DNA of 64,000 bases from Phoronis australis (Eukaryota; Animalia; Phoronida), in assembly GCA_002633005.1 (NCBI GenBank), contig NMRA01000002.1:3058228-3122227 (forward strand), read 5' to 3'. Below are positions 25,026 through 37,097 of this stretch, in pieces; position 1 is the stretch's first letter; each line of letters starts with the position of its first letter. A model generated the notes under the pieces. The model had not been told where the DNA came from, ran no database searches, and saw only the letters and a program-made list of their open reading frames with translations. The position numbers were made by a program, and so were the translations under genes.

Positions 25026-25881
25026 CAAGGTATCTAAAATACACGGCTAGCGGACTGCAAAACACCGTGTCGGACGCAAAAATACGACTCACGTAGCTGC
25101 GAACACAGTTCATTGACTTCAATACACGGTATCGGACTCACAAAACACGATTCATTCACCCAAAAACACGGCCACGGACTCACATCCACTTAGAAACTCG
25201 ACACACGAACCCCCAAACACGGTTTACGGTTAAAATGTAGAAATCGGCTTCGACAGCTGTGTAACGGTAATGGGTGCGAGATTAAATTGGTTTTGATCAC
25301 TGATATGTTTGTCTGTAATGCGATGTAATTGCTGTGAATTAGAAACAATAAACATTTTTAAACTGCTTATTTATTCTACAATTTATTGGAGTCCAAGATC
25401 TTTTTGTATCATCAATTCTCATTACTGACATTGAGAGTAGCGACTTCCGTTACCAACGGAAGTTGCTTTCGTCTTTTAAGACATGTTAAAACATGAAATG
25501 GATCGTTCGAATTCCATAAAAAAGAACATTTGAAATGATTTTAACATGACTTAAAATATGTGTCTCTTATGAAAGTTAGCTCAAATGCGTTTTTGTACTA
25601 AACCACATTTTTAGGCAAAGGTGTTTCCAAAAACATGAATGTGATCAATTCCTTTTGTGTGAAGAAATAAACACTATTTACCTGGGAAGCCGACGAGTCC
25701 GTGTGTCGTATTTCTAAGTGAATGCGAGTCCGTGGCCGTGTTTTTGGACGAATGAGTCGTGATTTGTGAATCCGATCCCGTGTATTTGAGTCAATGAGTG
25801 GTGTTAACAGGTACGTGAGTCATGCTTTTGCGTCCGACACGATGTTTTGCAGTCCGTTAGCTTAATAGTTTAGATACCTTG
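25026..25881. mobile_element. Non-autonomous element with ~180-bp TIRs and 5-bp flanking repeat
   Basis: CAAGGTATCTAAA..GCGGACTGCAAAACA..GTGTCGGACGCAAAA is mirrored at the right end. CACAT is present on both flanks. Confidence 0.82.
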
Positions 25882-27147
25882 CACATTACAACACTTGGCT
25901 AAGCATTGTTGATGCCACGAAATTATGCCAACACAAATAGTAATAACAAAAGGTAAATAAATGTAAAATTTGCCCAAAGGCCTTCGGGATCTTGTATAAA
26001 TCATGATTGTGTGAGGTTCATAAACTTTATAGTTATTCTTTGTTCATTACTTTTGAGCTGATGTTAGTAACAAGAAGGGGTTGGAGATTTTTGTGCATTT
26101 ATGAAGAGTTTCAGTGATATAATACAAATACACTTAGCACAAAGGCGAATCATTACATTCAAGTATGACAATATCAGAACTTCTGTGTAATATTTAAACA
26201 TTCTAGACCCGTTTCATTTTAGTTACAGCTTGATTAAACGGATTTTAACGCGAGTTAGTTCAGTCAAAACTTAAGCCCAAATAATACTCATTCAACACAA
26301 CTCCAAATATTTTCAAGCTTAACTGAGTTTAAAGTGAGTTTTTGGCTTAATCTTTATTTTGGAGATGCTTTACTACCTAAAATGACCACCGTAGTGAGTG
26401 ACTGCTGGCTGGGCACTGACTCAACTGCCGGCATATGTCGGTCTCCGCCGAAACCCTGCCTATGTTAAAAACCGTTTTAGTAAAATTAGATAACCACAAG
26501 CAGGGTGGAAGTTACGAAGTGTTTATATTTTAGTGGTATCTTACGACTGAAGAAACCAATCCTGTAATCTCAAATGGTGAATGCAAAGGAAAGAATACCT
26601 TTAAACAGCTGAATACAAGGAATAAAACAAATACAAACCATTATAAACACACAAAACATACATCGAAATGCTATAACTATGAGGCTGCTATGGCAATGTA
26701 AATTTAACTTATTATAATAAGTAACAAATGGGTGTTGATACAAGATCAACTAAAAATATTCAAGACAAATAGGCAATTGTTTTCATAAAATTACATTTAA
26801 TTTTATGGTGACAGCCTGTCCGGCATTAAGTTTAAACAATTTTGTTCATAATCTTACGATTTTTAAATGAATCGGCATGTCGAAAGAACGTTGTGCCAAA
26901 TGTTATCAGACGACTCTCATTTGGAATCCGTACAACAATTGCATGTACTCGCGACTGAATTACACATCGTGAAGCCAGTTAACTACTTATTTTAATCAGA
27001 AATTCGATTTAGTTTGGTAAATAAATGCAGACATCATTACGGAAAATACGCCCAAAATATTAAGTATTTTAATTGACTTGTCACTTGTAGAAAAGGGAAA
27101 GTGTACGCCGGGCTCAAAACCTAAACTACATGCATTTGAGCGCCAAT

Positions 27148-27298
27148 CACTGTCGGATATAGGATTTCATCTACAGGGGGGTTCACTCCATTCACTAAGA
27201 AGAGGTTATTCGCTATAGACATAAAGCATGAAATGTCATTTATGATCGTACCTGGCCATGGTGGTTACACCCCGGAACCCTTCATAGATCCACCACTG
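27148..27298. mobile_element. Small GC-ended MITE (G.CGGATCTA-type ends); similar relics near 2245-2401, 5940-6168, 17143-17190
   Basis: Ends cactgtcggatata / tagatccaccactg with G/C-run interiors; similar termini at the other sites. Confidence 0.45.
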
Positions 27299-28189
27299 GC
27301 AACACACGAGTCCTTTTGCACCTGCTCACGGATTCCCACCGAAATGAAACTATTTATGCGCCAACGTGATATAGTGAAATTGAGTGCCATTTATATTAAT
27401 TCTGCGGCAACATGACACCCGTCGTTTGGGGGGGGGGGTCAAAATCTTACAGTAGGTCTTGTCGTGGAAAATTAGAGCGAAAATGATGTTTACTCGTGGC
27501 AAACTGATTCCGCGCAGGATTTTAAATCTAAACTTGTCTGTCGTGTACCAGATCAATTAGCTAGCAGAGAACCTATTAGATATTTCATTGATTTCTTTTT
27601 GATAAAAATAGACTTTTATGATGAGTTAATGAAAAGTGATGCTCGGAAATTTCCCTATTTGACATACGACATATTCTGATCCGGCCTATTGAAAAGTTTG
27701 AACCTTTTTGCTTCATTTTTCCACTCAGTAATTGCAAACCATATCCGACAGTCTGCGTCTGTCTTCGAATTACACAAGAATCATTAACAAGTTATTAAGA
27801 GTCCAATTACTTGAGTGTGTAGGCTTCTTGACTAAAATAAAAAACCGTCGCTGCCTCAAGAATTTTTTACAAGGTTTTCAAAATGCGAATGTGTACAGTC
27901 TAATTAACTACTGTAAGTAAGTTTCCGAATAAGAAAGCTAATACAGTCTGAAATGTGACAGTATTTTAGATTGCACTGAGCTAACTGTTTGACTTGGGGG
28001 CCGGAACGAAGCTAGGAGTTACCTCCTCTCGACACATCTATGTGGATTGCCTCGATTTCAAATAGATTAGATCGCCCCGAGGAGATCCCAAAGGCGATGT
28101 ATACGGGATGTTTCCCTGAAATGGGTGACACTTTCCCACCAGTTGAATACCCCCCCGGGAGATCGCCCTTTGAAGTAGTTGGCTGCCTT

Positions 28190-28330
28190 TTACTGACCAT
28201 AAGAAATGCTGACGTAAAACATTGCATTGTTACCAATTGTTCTGAGCTGTAAATTGTGAATGACGTCAGGTACCTGGGCTCGACCACTTCTTTCCAAGAG
28301 TCCAGGGGTATCTCCGAATTCGACGATGCC
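28190..28330 (+). pseudogene. Possible decayed LINE RT fragment
   Basis: IVTNCSEL*IVNDVRYLGST resembles the LExVxxFxYLGS motif of non-LTR RTs. Confidence 0.33.
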
Positions 28331-30786
28331 CCGTTGAATCAAGTACTACGACTCGTGCCGTGTCAAGTTATATCGTTTGTAATGAAACAGCCGTTATTTT
28401 CATTTCGTCCAATTAGGGTGGCTTTGATTTTGTGTGCGGTCTTGGTTTCGACACCTTCATTAGATCATATCAATTATAAAGGTACATAGACGGCGACAGG
28501 ACATGGGGCTATATTTCTTCCCAAAACGTTCATTACAGCACTTGACTTGTGAAATGAAAGTGAAATAATGTCATTTTCGGACAGTGCTGTATTGAGGTTT
28601 GCCCTGTAAAGAGAGAACTAGCGTCGAGTTCGATAACACAAAAAGTACCGTATCCGTTCTGACATAAGCCCACTCTTACTTTACGGTTGTTCTGGCGCAT
28701 AAGCCCATCCCCTCTGGTGTAATCCCACACCCACACATTTTTGTGCGTATAAGTCCAGCTGCTTGGGAACAATCCTACACCTATATCTCTGTCCACCTCA
28801 AACCGACATCTTATGTAGCTTGCGCTCTGTCGCTAGGTGGGGCTAGCACAAAGATGCTTAGAAAAAACATCAGTCAGCTCGCGTTTATTGCACACGCGTA
28901 TCACGAAGTCGGGTGTGTTACAAGAACAATGGAATTTTACACGGATATCTTATATAGACACAACAGAGTATAAGCACATCCCCGTTTTGGAGCTCCCTAA
29001 TTGTAAACCCACAACCTTCGAAATAAATGTACTGGCATAAAAATAGCCTGTTGACAAAAGTGTAGAATATTTACATGTACAAATTTGACATGGAAAAGTG
29101 TTCCCGGGTGGTGAAACTTATTGTCATCACGTATTACTGTTGAAATGCGTGGCGATGTCTCTCACAAGAAACTAAATTGAAGGAACGAGTTTCTGGTTTC
29201 TTGTATGTTTCAAGGAGTCTGTGCTCGTTTTAGCAATTAAAATATTTGTACTCAAATTGTCAATGTCTGTTTGTTGATTGACTTGCACTTCATTCACACG
29301 CCTTTTCGAAATTTCCGATAGCACATGGGACGTGTCGCCGAGGTGGGATTTTTTCAGGGCCATATTTCTCACGAAAATAGGGTTTCGGATTAAAAGGAAA
29401 CACTTTCGGAGTTGTATAAACAAATTAAGGTGATGTTCAGGGACCAACTCATCAACATTTTTATCAAAAAATCCTAAAAGTAGACGTGTCTCTTTTCCGT
29501 GTAAAGAGTGACCACCCTAATTTTCAGCGGTAAACCCCCCTCAAAAACAGCCAAGAACTTCCCGTGGAAAAATGGTCTACTTTTAATGGTGTCTAGTGAG
29601 AGAAGCGTCTTTTGTTACTACAGCAGGACTGCGTGACACTCGCTTATGGAACGGAAACAATGGATTCCATCCCATAAATCCACATTTCGACTTCACTGAC
29701 CAATCACTCCAGTGACCGCCATTTTGATAGGATCTGCAACATCAAGAGCATAGGCTCGCCTTTCAATTGCCTAATTTTGCGTAACCTTACTTTTTCGCGA
29801 CATTCTCGCGTCATCACTATGACAACGCGTGGTTTTGGCTGACTATCCTTTAGAATTTCAGAAACAAAACGAACAGCGTGATACTTTTTGTTCACAACAC
29901 CTCAAAGAAAGAAAATTTTGAAGTCCCGTTTGGCGAGTGAGGCCAGTCTGACTGAAGTCACCACCAGCAATCTGAGGTCTACTCTTCGCCGGCCTTGACG
30001 ATACAATCTCCCAAACTTAGTGTGACCATTGTTCGTCTTCTTTTTTCTCTTATCTCAAAATTGTGAAGAGCATCACTCATATACCCTAACGAAATACAGT
30101 ATCCTCAATGGTTTACAAATACGAAGACAATTTAACCTCTGCCGTTTAAATACCTGGATCTTGATATTTGATGCAGTAGGGTGTCAGGTCGCCCCCGTGA
30201 CCCTCTAAAAGGGTTGCACGTTAACTACATTTCGATAAATTGGAAGCTGAGTACACAAAATCTTTTAGTTTTTTCTCAAATAGGCAGGACCTGACGGCTG
30301 GCTTCGAATTGACTGACAAGTTACTTCTAATATTTGGTTTATTGAATTAAAATTTGAGCACGAAACTCTTTCGATTGCAGTATCTTCAACACAACAAACC
30401 AAAAATACGAAACCCTTCTGTCACTTTTTTTACAAAACTGCATCCGTTTGGCAATACGGCAAACCCTTCGTAAGGTATTTAATTGTAAACGGCGCCCTTT
30501 CTTTGAAAAAATTTGGTCGTTAAAAACAACCATCTTAACGGAACGTCCAACACATATCTCCTAAGTGATCTCCAGGAATAAAATAAACAAAAGTACTTTG
30601 GAAATTTAGTGCAGGGAAAAGCCGCCTTACGTTTAGTTGTCGCACCGTCGTCACCGTTGACAATTTATCATCGGCATTCAATAGCGGAGTTGCAATGCCG
30701 CCATATTGGAAATGGGTCAGAATGTTGCATTGTGGTTAAGTCGGTAAACAAGTACGTCGGCAAGCGTGGGGGCGAACCGGCCACAG

Positions 30787-31020
30787 GGAGGTTATACGTG
30801 CTGTGTGCCTGGCTGCTATAATACCAGTTAGCGAGATAAAGAATTTAGTAACTACCTGTTTCCCAAGGATCAAGAACTGCGTTAAACATGGGTCAGACAC
30901 ATCGGTAGAGCTTGTAGCAAAGGCCGACTTAGTGAATTCTTTCCGACTTCGTACTGCAGCGCTCATTTTGAGGGCGGCAAGAAAACGTATCTTGGAAACT
31001 GCCCAACAATATTTCCCTTG
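30787..31020 (+). pseudogene. Decayed THAP zinc-finger domain (DNA transposase N-terminus remnant)
   Basis: Manual translation: [39 protein letters not shown]...YCSAHFEGGKKTYLGNCPTIFP. Shows the full C2CH THAP signature with conserved P, W, F and an AVPTIF-like box. Stops at 30829 and 30883. Confidence 0.85.
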
Positions 31021-32667
31021 AAAGAAACAGTAACAAATACTCCACGGCGGTTGGTAGTGAAAAAAATTGTTTTCGCTTGGCCAGAACCAAGCCAACATGA
31101 GCAATTTTGAGGATAATCACGGCCTCTGCACAATCACCTGTTCTGGGTCGACGTACGCACATATGCATTAACGCGCTAAGATAAAGCGTGCAGAATATTA
31201 TTATTTACTTTATATAAAATTGTGGTGCATTGCTATCAAAATTCGTTGTCAAATTACGATCATTTTTCAGAAAATTGTGCTGAAATCCCAGGGCGAAATC
31301 TCGCCGACAAATGCGTAGCTGCCGGTCTCGCAATCGTCGATGGGGCTTGAATTCTTGAATGAGAATACAGCTTCGACTCAACAAATTACCTGAAATCCTC
31401 CTCAAGTTTTCCAAATAGCGTGTCTAAGATTTTTAAGTTCTTGTGGAGTCTGGATTAACTGCAGATTAAGTCCAAATCTGCGCTAGATTGTAGCCCACAA
31501 CACGAGAACAATCTCTGGAGGAACACACGTTGTTGTCACGTGACGTTTGGTTTTGAAGTTTGTATGCGTGTGTGTGAGAGTAAGCGTGCGTGTGCTTGTC
31601 ATCAGAGTTCATTTGCCAGAGTAAATGCGATATAATGATCTAGGTGTGCATTGCATCCAAAGCAAGCAGTCAAGCAGAGCGTGTTTTAATATTTAGCTTA
31701 ACACTTGCTGGCCTCATCTGCTAAAAAGCGTTCGAGAATTGTTTCAGTAAGACCGATACGTCACTCACTGAGTCACCGGGTGAGTGGATGCGTGACCGTA
31801 GTGTAACAGCTATTTTCCGGAAGATTCGGGGTGTAAGGGTGCGAATGTGTTCACTATCAGTGGGTCATTTTGACTTTAAAAACACCAATTATGATTAGTT
31901 AAATAATTTCTCTTAAAAATAATGCAAAAGTTTTTTACGGTATTAGAAACTTTCGGAAATTAGTGCCAATATTTATTTCTTGCAGATGCTATGTTACCCG
32001 TTTCATGAATAGATAGTTCCCGACTAAATGTCTTCGATGACAGCCGGTACATTATGCAGCGCGCTTCTTGGCCGCGTGCTAACACTGGTCGAGTTTTTTT
32101 ATTAGTCTTCGATTCACGGTTTTCACGTGTACAAAGAAGTTTGGATTCCTGTTGAGACCGGAGGAGATCTGTACCGGAAAGAAGCAATGCAATCCCGCTG
32201 ACAAGTACGCTGCGTCTGTTTTCAAAGTCCAGACCCGCGTAGTGGGGTACATTCCTCGCAAGAGCATCAAAACTTTTGCGTTCTTTTTGCATCGCGGCGT
32301 ACGTTTGGAGTGTATACTGACATAACGGTGAGGCTCGTGGTCTACAATTTCAGGACTGTCGGATCTTTCATTTGATAAACTGGAGACGTTAGAACTGTTA
32401 GTAAGGCATTTTTCGCATGTAGTTCATGTGCTGGGCGCTTACTTTAGCAAAGTCTGGAAACTCGTTGGGGCACTTTTTGGGGCATGTACGCTCATTATGG
32501 CGAATAGCGGCAGAATTACATCGAGCAGCGTAGTTTAATACACACAAATCACACGTCGTGCAAACCAATCGGCCATTTCATATACCCCAATCAATCCCAA
32601 TAGCCTTTGCGAACCTTAATTTCCGGACATGCGCAATCGTTAAATCGATTCGGTTGCAACTCCGCTA

Positions 32668-33783
32668 CACAGGCGCTGGGGTTTATCGCAAATGACGTCA
32701 CTCAATAATATATATAAGAAAACATAAAGGTTGGACACTTAAACGTTGCCAAGCCGAGGCTCCCAACTTCAACCGTCCAAAATACAAATAAAATCTGCGT
32801 GCACCTCCCTCAGTCTGGTGTTGCATAAACCTCCGAAGCCTTATCTTTCCTAGATCCCATTAACTGTCTTCGTGAGTGGTGACTTGGCGATGGAATTTCT
32901 AAAACAATCTCAAAACTCTGAATTCAAGGACCTGAAATAGTAAACATGGCGGATTTCAGTTGTGCTTCAACTTGTACGCCTGTCGTAGGTGAAACTTCGA
33001 GTTTGAGCAAGCAACCTGTATTTCAAATTCAATAACTCTAATCCAAAACTCAACCAATTGAGAATGTTAAAGTTAGTATTTTAATGATTATTTGTAACTT
33101 TATTCCACTGACGGCTCATTTTAGCCCTTAACTTAGAATTTTATTGCATAAACTGGCGTATCTTGTTTCTCATCTTGACATCACGCACTTTTTTGATTGA
33201 AGCACAACACACACTCGGCCAGGAAACGCAGTCCGTGCAAGTATTACAATGCGCGTGGCCGACGAGTTAACTCAATGCTTTTGGCCAAAAGTAAAACCTT
33301 CATAAGAAATCACAGTACACAAAAAACTTCGCATATCAATACAGTATCAGGATAATTTATATTTGACACAAATATGTGAGTAATTACATTTATTTGGCAA
33401 TAAAGTGCTCTCTGCTTCTCATGATCAAGTAGTCGATGGATTGACGGCGAAATCCGCGCGAAATTAGACTTTCGGATTTAGCTCGGGAGCGTCTGTCAAA
33501 ACCCGGATGTGCGAAGACCGTCTGCCATGACATCACGGAATTAGGTCCTTGAATTTGTGATTTTGGCATTCTTTTGGCATTTTTGTAGCCAAATTACCAC
33601 TTGAAGGCAATTTGAAGACATAGAATGAAAGAAAGTATTCTAAGAGTTGTTCGATGCTAGTTTCGTGGAGTTCCATGCACATTTGAGTAGAAAATTCTGA
33701 GCAAACAGATTTCGAGTGTCCAACCTTTATGTTTTCTTATATATTATGAGTGACGTCATTTGCAATAAACCCAAGCGCCTGTG
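32668..33783. mobile_element. Non-autonomous TIR DNA transposon with 8-bp TSD (hAT- or P-like)
   Basis: About 70-bp near-perfect TIR CACAGGCGCT..GGTTGGACACT with a degenerate inner extension. Exact TSD CTCCGCTA at 32660-32667 and 33784-33791. Confidence 0.88.
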
Positions 33784-35056
33784 CTCCGCTATTGCGTACA
33801 ACAAAGCTTAACGGTGAATCAGTATTTCTGGATGCAATCTGAAAGGCGGTGTAGCGTTACCTTAGGCTATACATGCAGTACATACACATACAGAAGATCA
33901 TTGTGTGTATTACCTGTTTAATTTACGTCATTAACCGCATTCCCAGATGTTCGATAGACGCCACTAGCTGCTGTCTGTTGGCCAAGAGACATGACCTATT
34001 ATTTATAAAACAAATCCAAGTTCGCGTTGACACAAACTAGAACTTCTTGCTCTCCACTCAGAATTAAACTTTTGTGGTAAAACTTTCTTTACTGTATTTC
34101 GTAAGGGTAGTTCAGTGAATACTTGTCCCGATTTGGCGAAAAATCCTGCTCGGCGTTACAAACCAATCACGTGCTAGTATCTTAAGCTACGAAACGGAAC
34201 GGAACCCAGTGTTCTTACTCATCCCTGTGTCGCTCTGTTGGATTGAACGCTTCCACCCCACGGTACTTCTCATTATTGCATAAACGAGCAATTCTCTCTC
34301 AACATCACTTGAATACATTAATTAATGCTTGTATTCAGGATGATTGGCATTACGAACACGAAAAGTAACCATTCACACATGCCAAGAGGAAGACATCTGT
34401 GCCTATAAGGGATGTTCAGGCACATGCGAAACATTCATTCGAATGTAAAATTCTTTCCCATTGCCAAATACGCGCGCGCAGTAAGCAAATCGTTAATTTG
34501 ACCAGACTAGTCCACGACCGGTAAATTATTTCGCTTCAATGATGTTTCTGGTAATCATTTTACAATTACAACACCTTGAGTTTTGAACACTATCTTCTTT
34601 TAGCGCTGTTGTTCGGCCCCTTCCGCCTAGTGCACGTGCTTATTTGCGCGTCTCTTCAATTAATGGTGTACGAGACTTTCAAAGGGGCCCAAGGTCTCAG
34701 TTTTTACGTAAACATCTGGCCCTCTCGCCACAATTTCACTTCAATCCACATGTATATGTCATAGCAACATTCACGACAATTGACAAACACGACTCACTGA
34801 CTCCTCGTCAGAGTACCGTTTCTGGCAGTCAGTGACCCGCGTTTGCGAGCCTGGAAAGTTACGAGTTTTGTGTCAGCCGTGTTTTGTAAGCCCTGCACCG
34901 TGTTTGCGGTCGAGTCGTGTTTGTGAGTGGGTGAACTGTGTTTACGAGGTGTGTTACAAATGAATGAACCGTGTCTGGCCCTGTTCACACCAAATCGGCT
35001 GTAACTTTTAAATTTCGAAGTTGCAACTGTAACGCGATTAGAACTCTCTGTGAGAG

Positions 35057-35306
35057 CATGCGCGCACCCAGCCTTTAATATGGGGATGTGGGGCTCGAAT
35101 GTCTGACGATGTGGACCTTTTGCCGAGAAAAAAAGCGGCGTGACTAAAAAAACCGAGTACCACTTCAGAACTGTGACTAACTGTGCGCTTTTTAGTGGAC
35201 TTTTTGTCTCGTTTTCTCGAGTTCTTGTTTCTCTCGGGCGGACCTTTTTGCCCATTTCGCCAAATAGGGGGCTCGTTGGAGCCCCCCCCCCCTGAGTGCG
35301 CGCATG
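35057..35306 (-). mobile_element. MITE, CATGCGCGCAC family, flanked by GAGAG direct repeat
   Basis: TIR catgcgcgcacccag / ctgagtgcgcgcatg; GAGAG at 35052-35056 and 35307-35311. The copy at 37748 has lost its other end. Confidence 0.8.
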
Positions 35307-35655
35307 GAGAGTGGCATAGCGAAGGGTTAGTAACCGTTGTAACTCAGTGTGAACACGGCAGTTGTGAACTCACCGTAAGTGGGCGCTGCTGTCAAATCTT
35401 GCTGGCAACAATGGGGTATAGAGGCACAAACTAGGGTGAATCGGCCGGAAAACGATAGCACTGACTATGATAGCAACTAAAACTAAAGATGCAATAACTA
35501 TAGTGAAACAAAATAATATCTTTGCTAAAACCACTAACTAGGGTTGGAACAGTTTTAACTGTTGGTGAGATGCCATAGCAGTTACAACTAAAGAATGTTA
35601 CAACTTGATTACTTGGTACGGACACAGGTTACGAATGAAGCAGCCGTTGGAGGTA

Positions 35656-35792
35656 ACCTGGCTTGCATTCAATAACATTAGGACCTACGATAGGACCTAG
35701 CTAAAATCTAGCCAATGTCACGTAATATCTCACTTAATCTCGCGAAATCTTGCTTTTAGCTAGGTCCTTAGTGTTTATGAACGGGAGCCAGG
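35656..35792. mobile_element. Short MITE (taggacctagctaaaa family); related copies near 38178-38322 and 46479-46627
   Basis: Ends cctggct..ttca / tgaa..agccagg with an internal inverted pair taggacctagctaaaa / ttttagctaggtcct; three copies in the window. Confidence 0.7.
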
Positions 35793-36049
35793 TGTCCATC
35801 CTTCACCTAAAGGATCAGTTTATCGTTGATTGGCTTAAGTACCCGACGAAGCCGACGACATTTTGGAACGAGTAATTAATTACTTATAACTGGCGTGTGG
35901 CATTATCTTAGGGTCAGGACCGTGAAAAAACCAGTTGCCATTTAAAACGTGACTATGGTTGATAAAATCTAATTTAATATTGGCTGGACAATATTAACCT
36001 TTTGAGAAAATACTGTATATTTATTCCAGCTCACCGTTGTTGTTGCCGG

Positions 36050-36370
36050 GACTAAACACAGCCAGAGAAAGTCAGCACTAAACTTAGATAGAAAATTTTC
36101 TTTGGGACAAGCCTCTATCTCTTCCTGTCTTTTACAAATATCTGTTATAACCAATAACAAAACCTGTTGAACTGTATCAAACAAACAGTTTGTTTGGTCA
36201 CGTAAAATATCCTTTATCAACTTTGTGGTTTTCCTTTTGCTGACGTAAAAATGACACACATGGTTTTTTACGAAACTTGTACATGGAATGTCCGCAAAAA
36301 CACACTGCCAAATACAGGTCCATGGTTTACTTTTTGGGCCACAGATAAACATTTCTATGGTATGAAGGTA
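36050..36370 (-). pseudogene. Possible decayed LINE reverse transcriptase fragment (also in copy B, ~38570-38870)
   Basis: Frameshifted pieces KTMCVIF (cf. KTKCMxF) and KRQ..NFLSKFS (cf. RQ..NxLxRKF) resemble the L2/CR1-group RT C-terminal region. Confidence 0.33.
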
Positions 36371-36689
36371 ATTCCAAAATGAACGTTGACAGCAAGTGTC
36401 AAACAAAAACAAGGTTAGAACACACTGTAGTTTAATAATTCAATCAGCACGCATTTGGCTTATCTACAAAATAAACGTAACTAACTGTATCCTTGTTATC
36501 ACAAACTCTCTATACCACACTGAGGTAATGGTCCTCATTGCATGTCGATGTCGCCGGCACATTTTCCCTCTATAGGCCCCTTGGTTAGAATAACCCCGGG
36601 ATTGTATTTGGGGTGGAAACTACTAGACCGGCTAAACTTGTTCCGTTTTCAAAATTTACTCTCCGGAGCTTACTGTCAGAATTTCCTAT

Positions 36690-37096
36690 CAGGGCCCGGT
36701 CTCCAATCTTTTTACTCGAAATGGAACTCGAAATTAGGTTTGGCATTTTCTACTCTACTTTTGGGCGAACTCAAGATAAGTGTTTATTATTCTATGGTCG
36801 AGTACACAATAACTTACGTAGATAATTTATTGCCCTTAGTTCACAGTTTGTAAACCCAATATTAAAGCAATAAGTTCGAGTTTGAACTCGAAATTTCGAG
36901 TTTTTACTCGAGTTTGTAGCACGAATATAAGGGTCTTCAAGGGCAAACTTGAACTAGAAACTCCTATGCATAAACTATAATGTATTCGAGCACAGTCTGA
37001 TAACCAATTATCTTAAGTTCGCACAAAAGGAGCAGAGAAATTGCCAAAAATAGTTTCGAGTTCGTTTCGAGTACAAAGATTAGAGACCGGGCCCTG
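36690..37096. mobile_element. MITE with TIR CAGGGCCCGGTCTC
   Basis: cagggcccggtctccaatcttt.tactcgaaa pairs with tttcgagta.aaagattagagaccgggccctg. Absent at the equivalent position of copy B. Confidence 0.85.
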
Positions 37097-37097
37097 N

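Larger units (their letters stand above)
34411..36690 (+). repeat. Copy A of ~2.2-kb direct duplication
   Basis: Colinear and highly similar to 37098-39205, with scattered substitutions and indels. Confidence 0.92.

Noticed and set aside
31960-32292. Possible further THAP relic on the minus strand
   Set aside because: Cys and CSxHF-like pieces lie in different frames and need several assumed indels.
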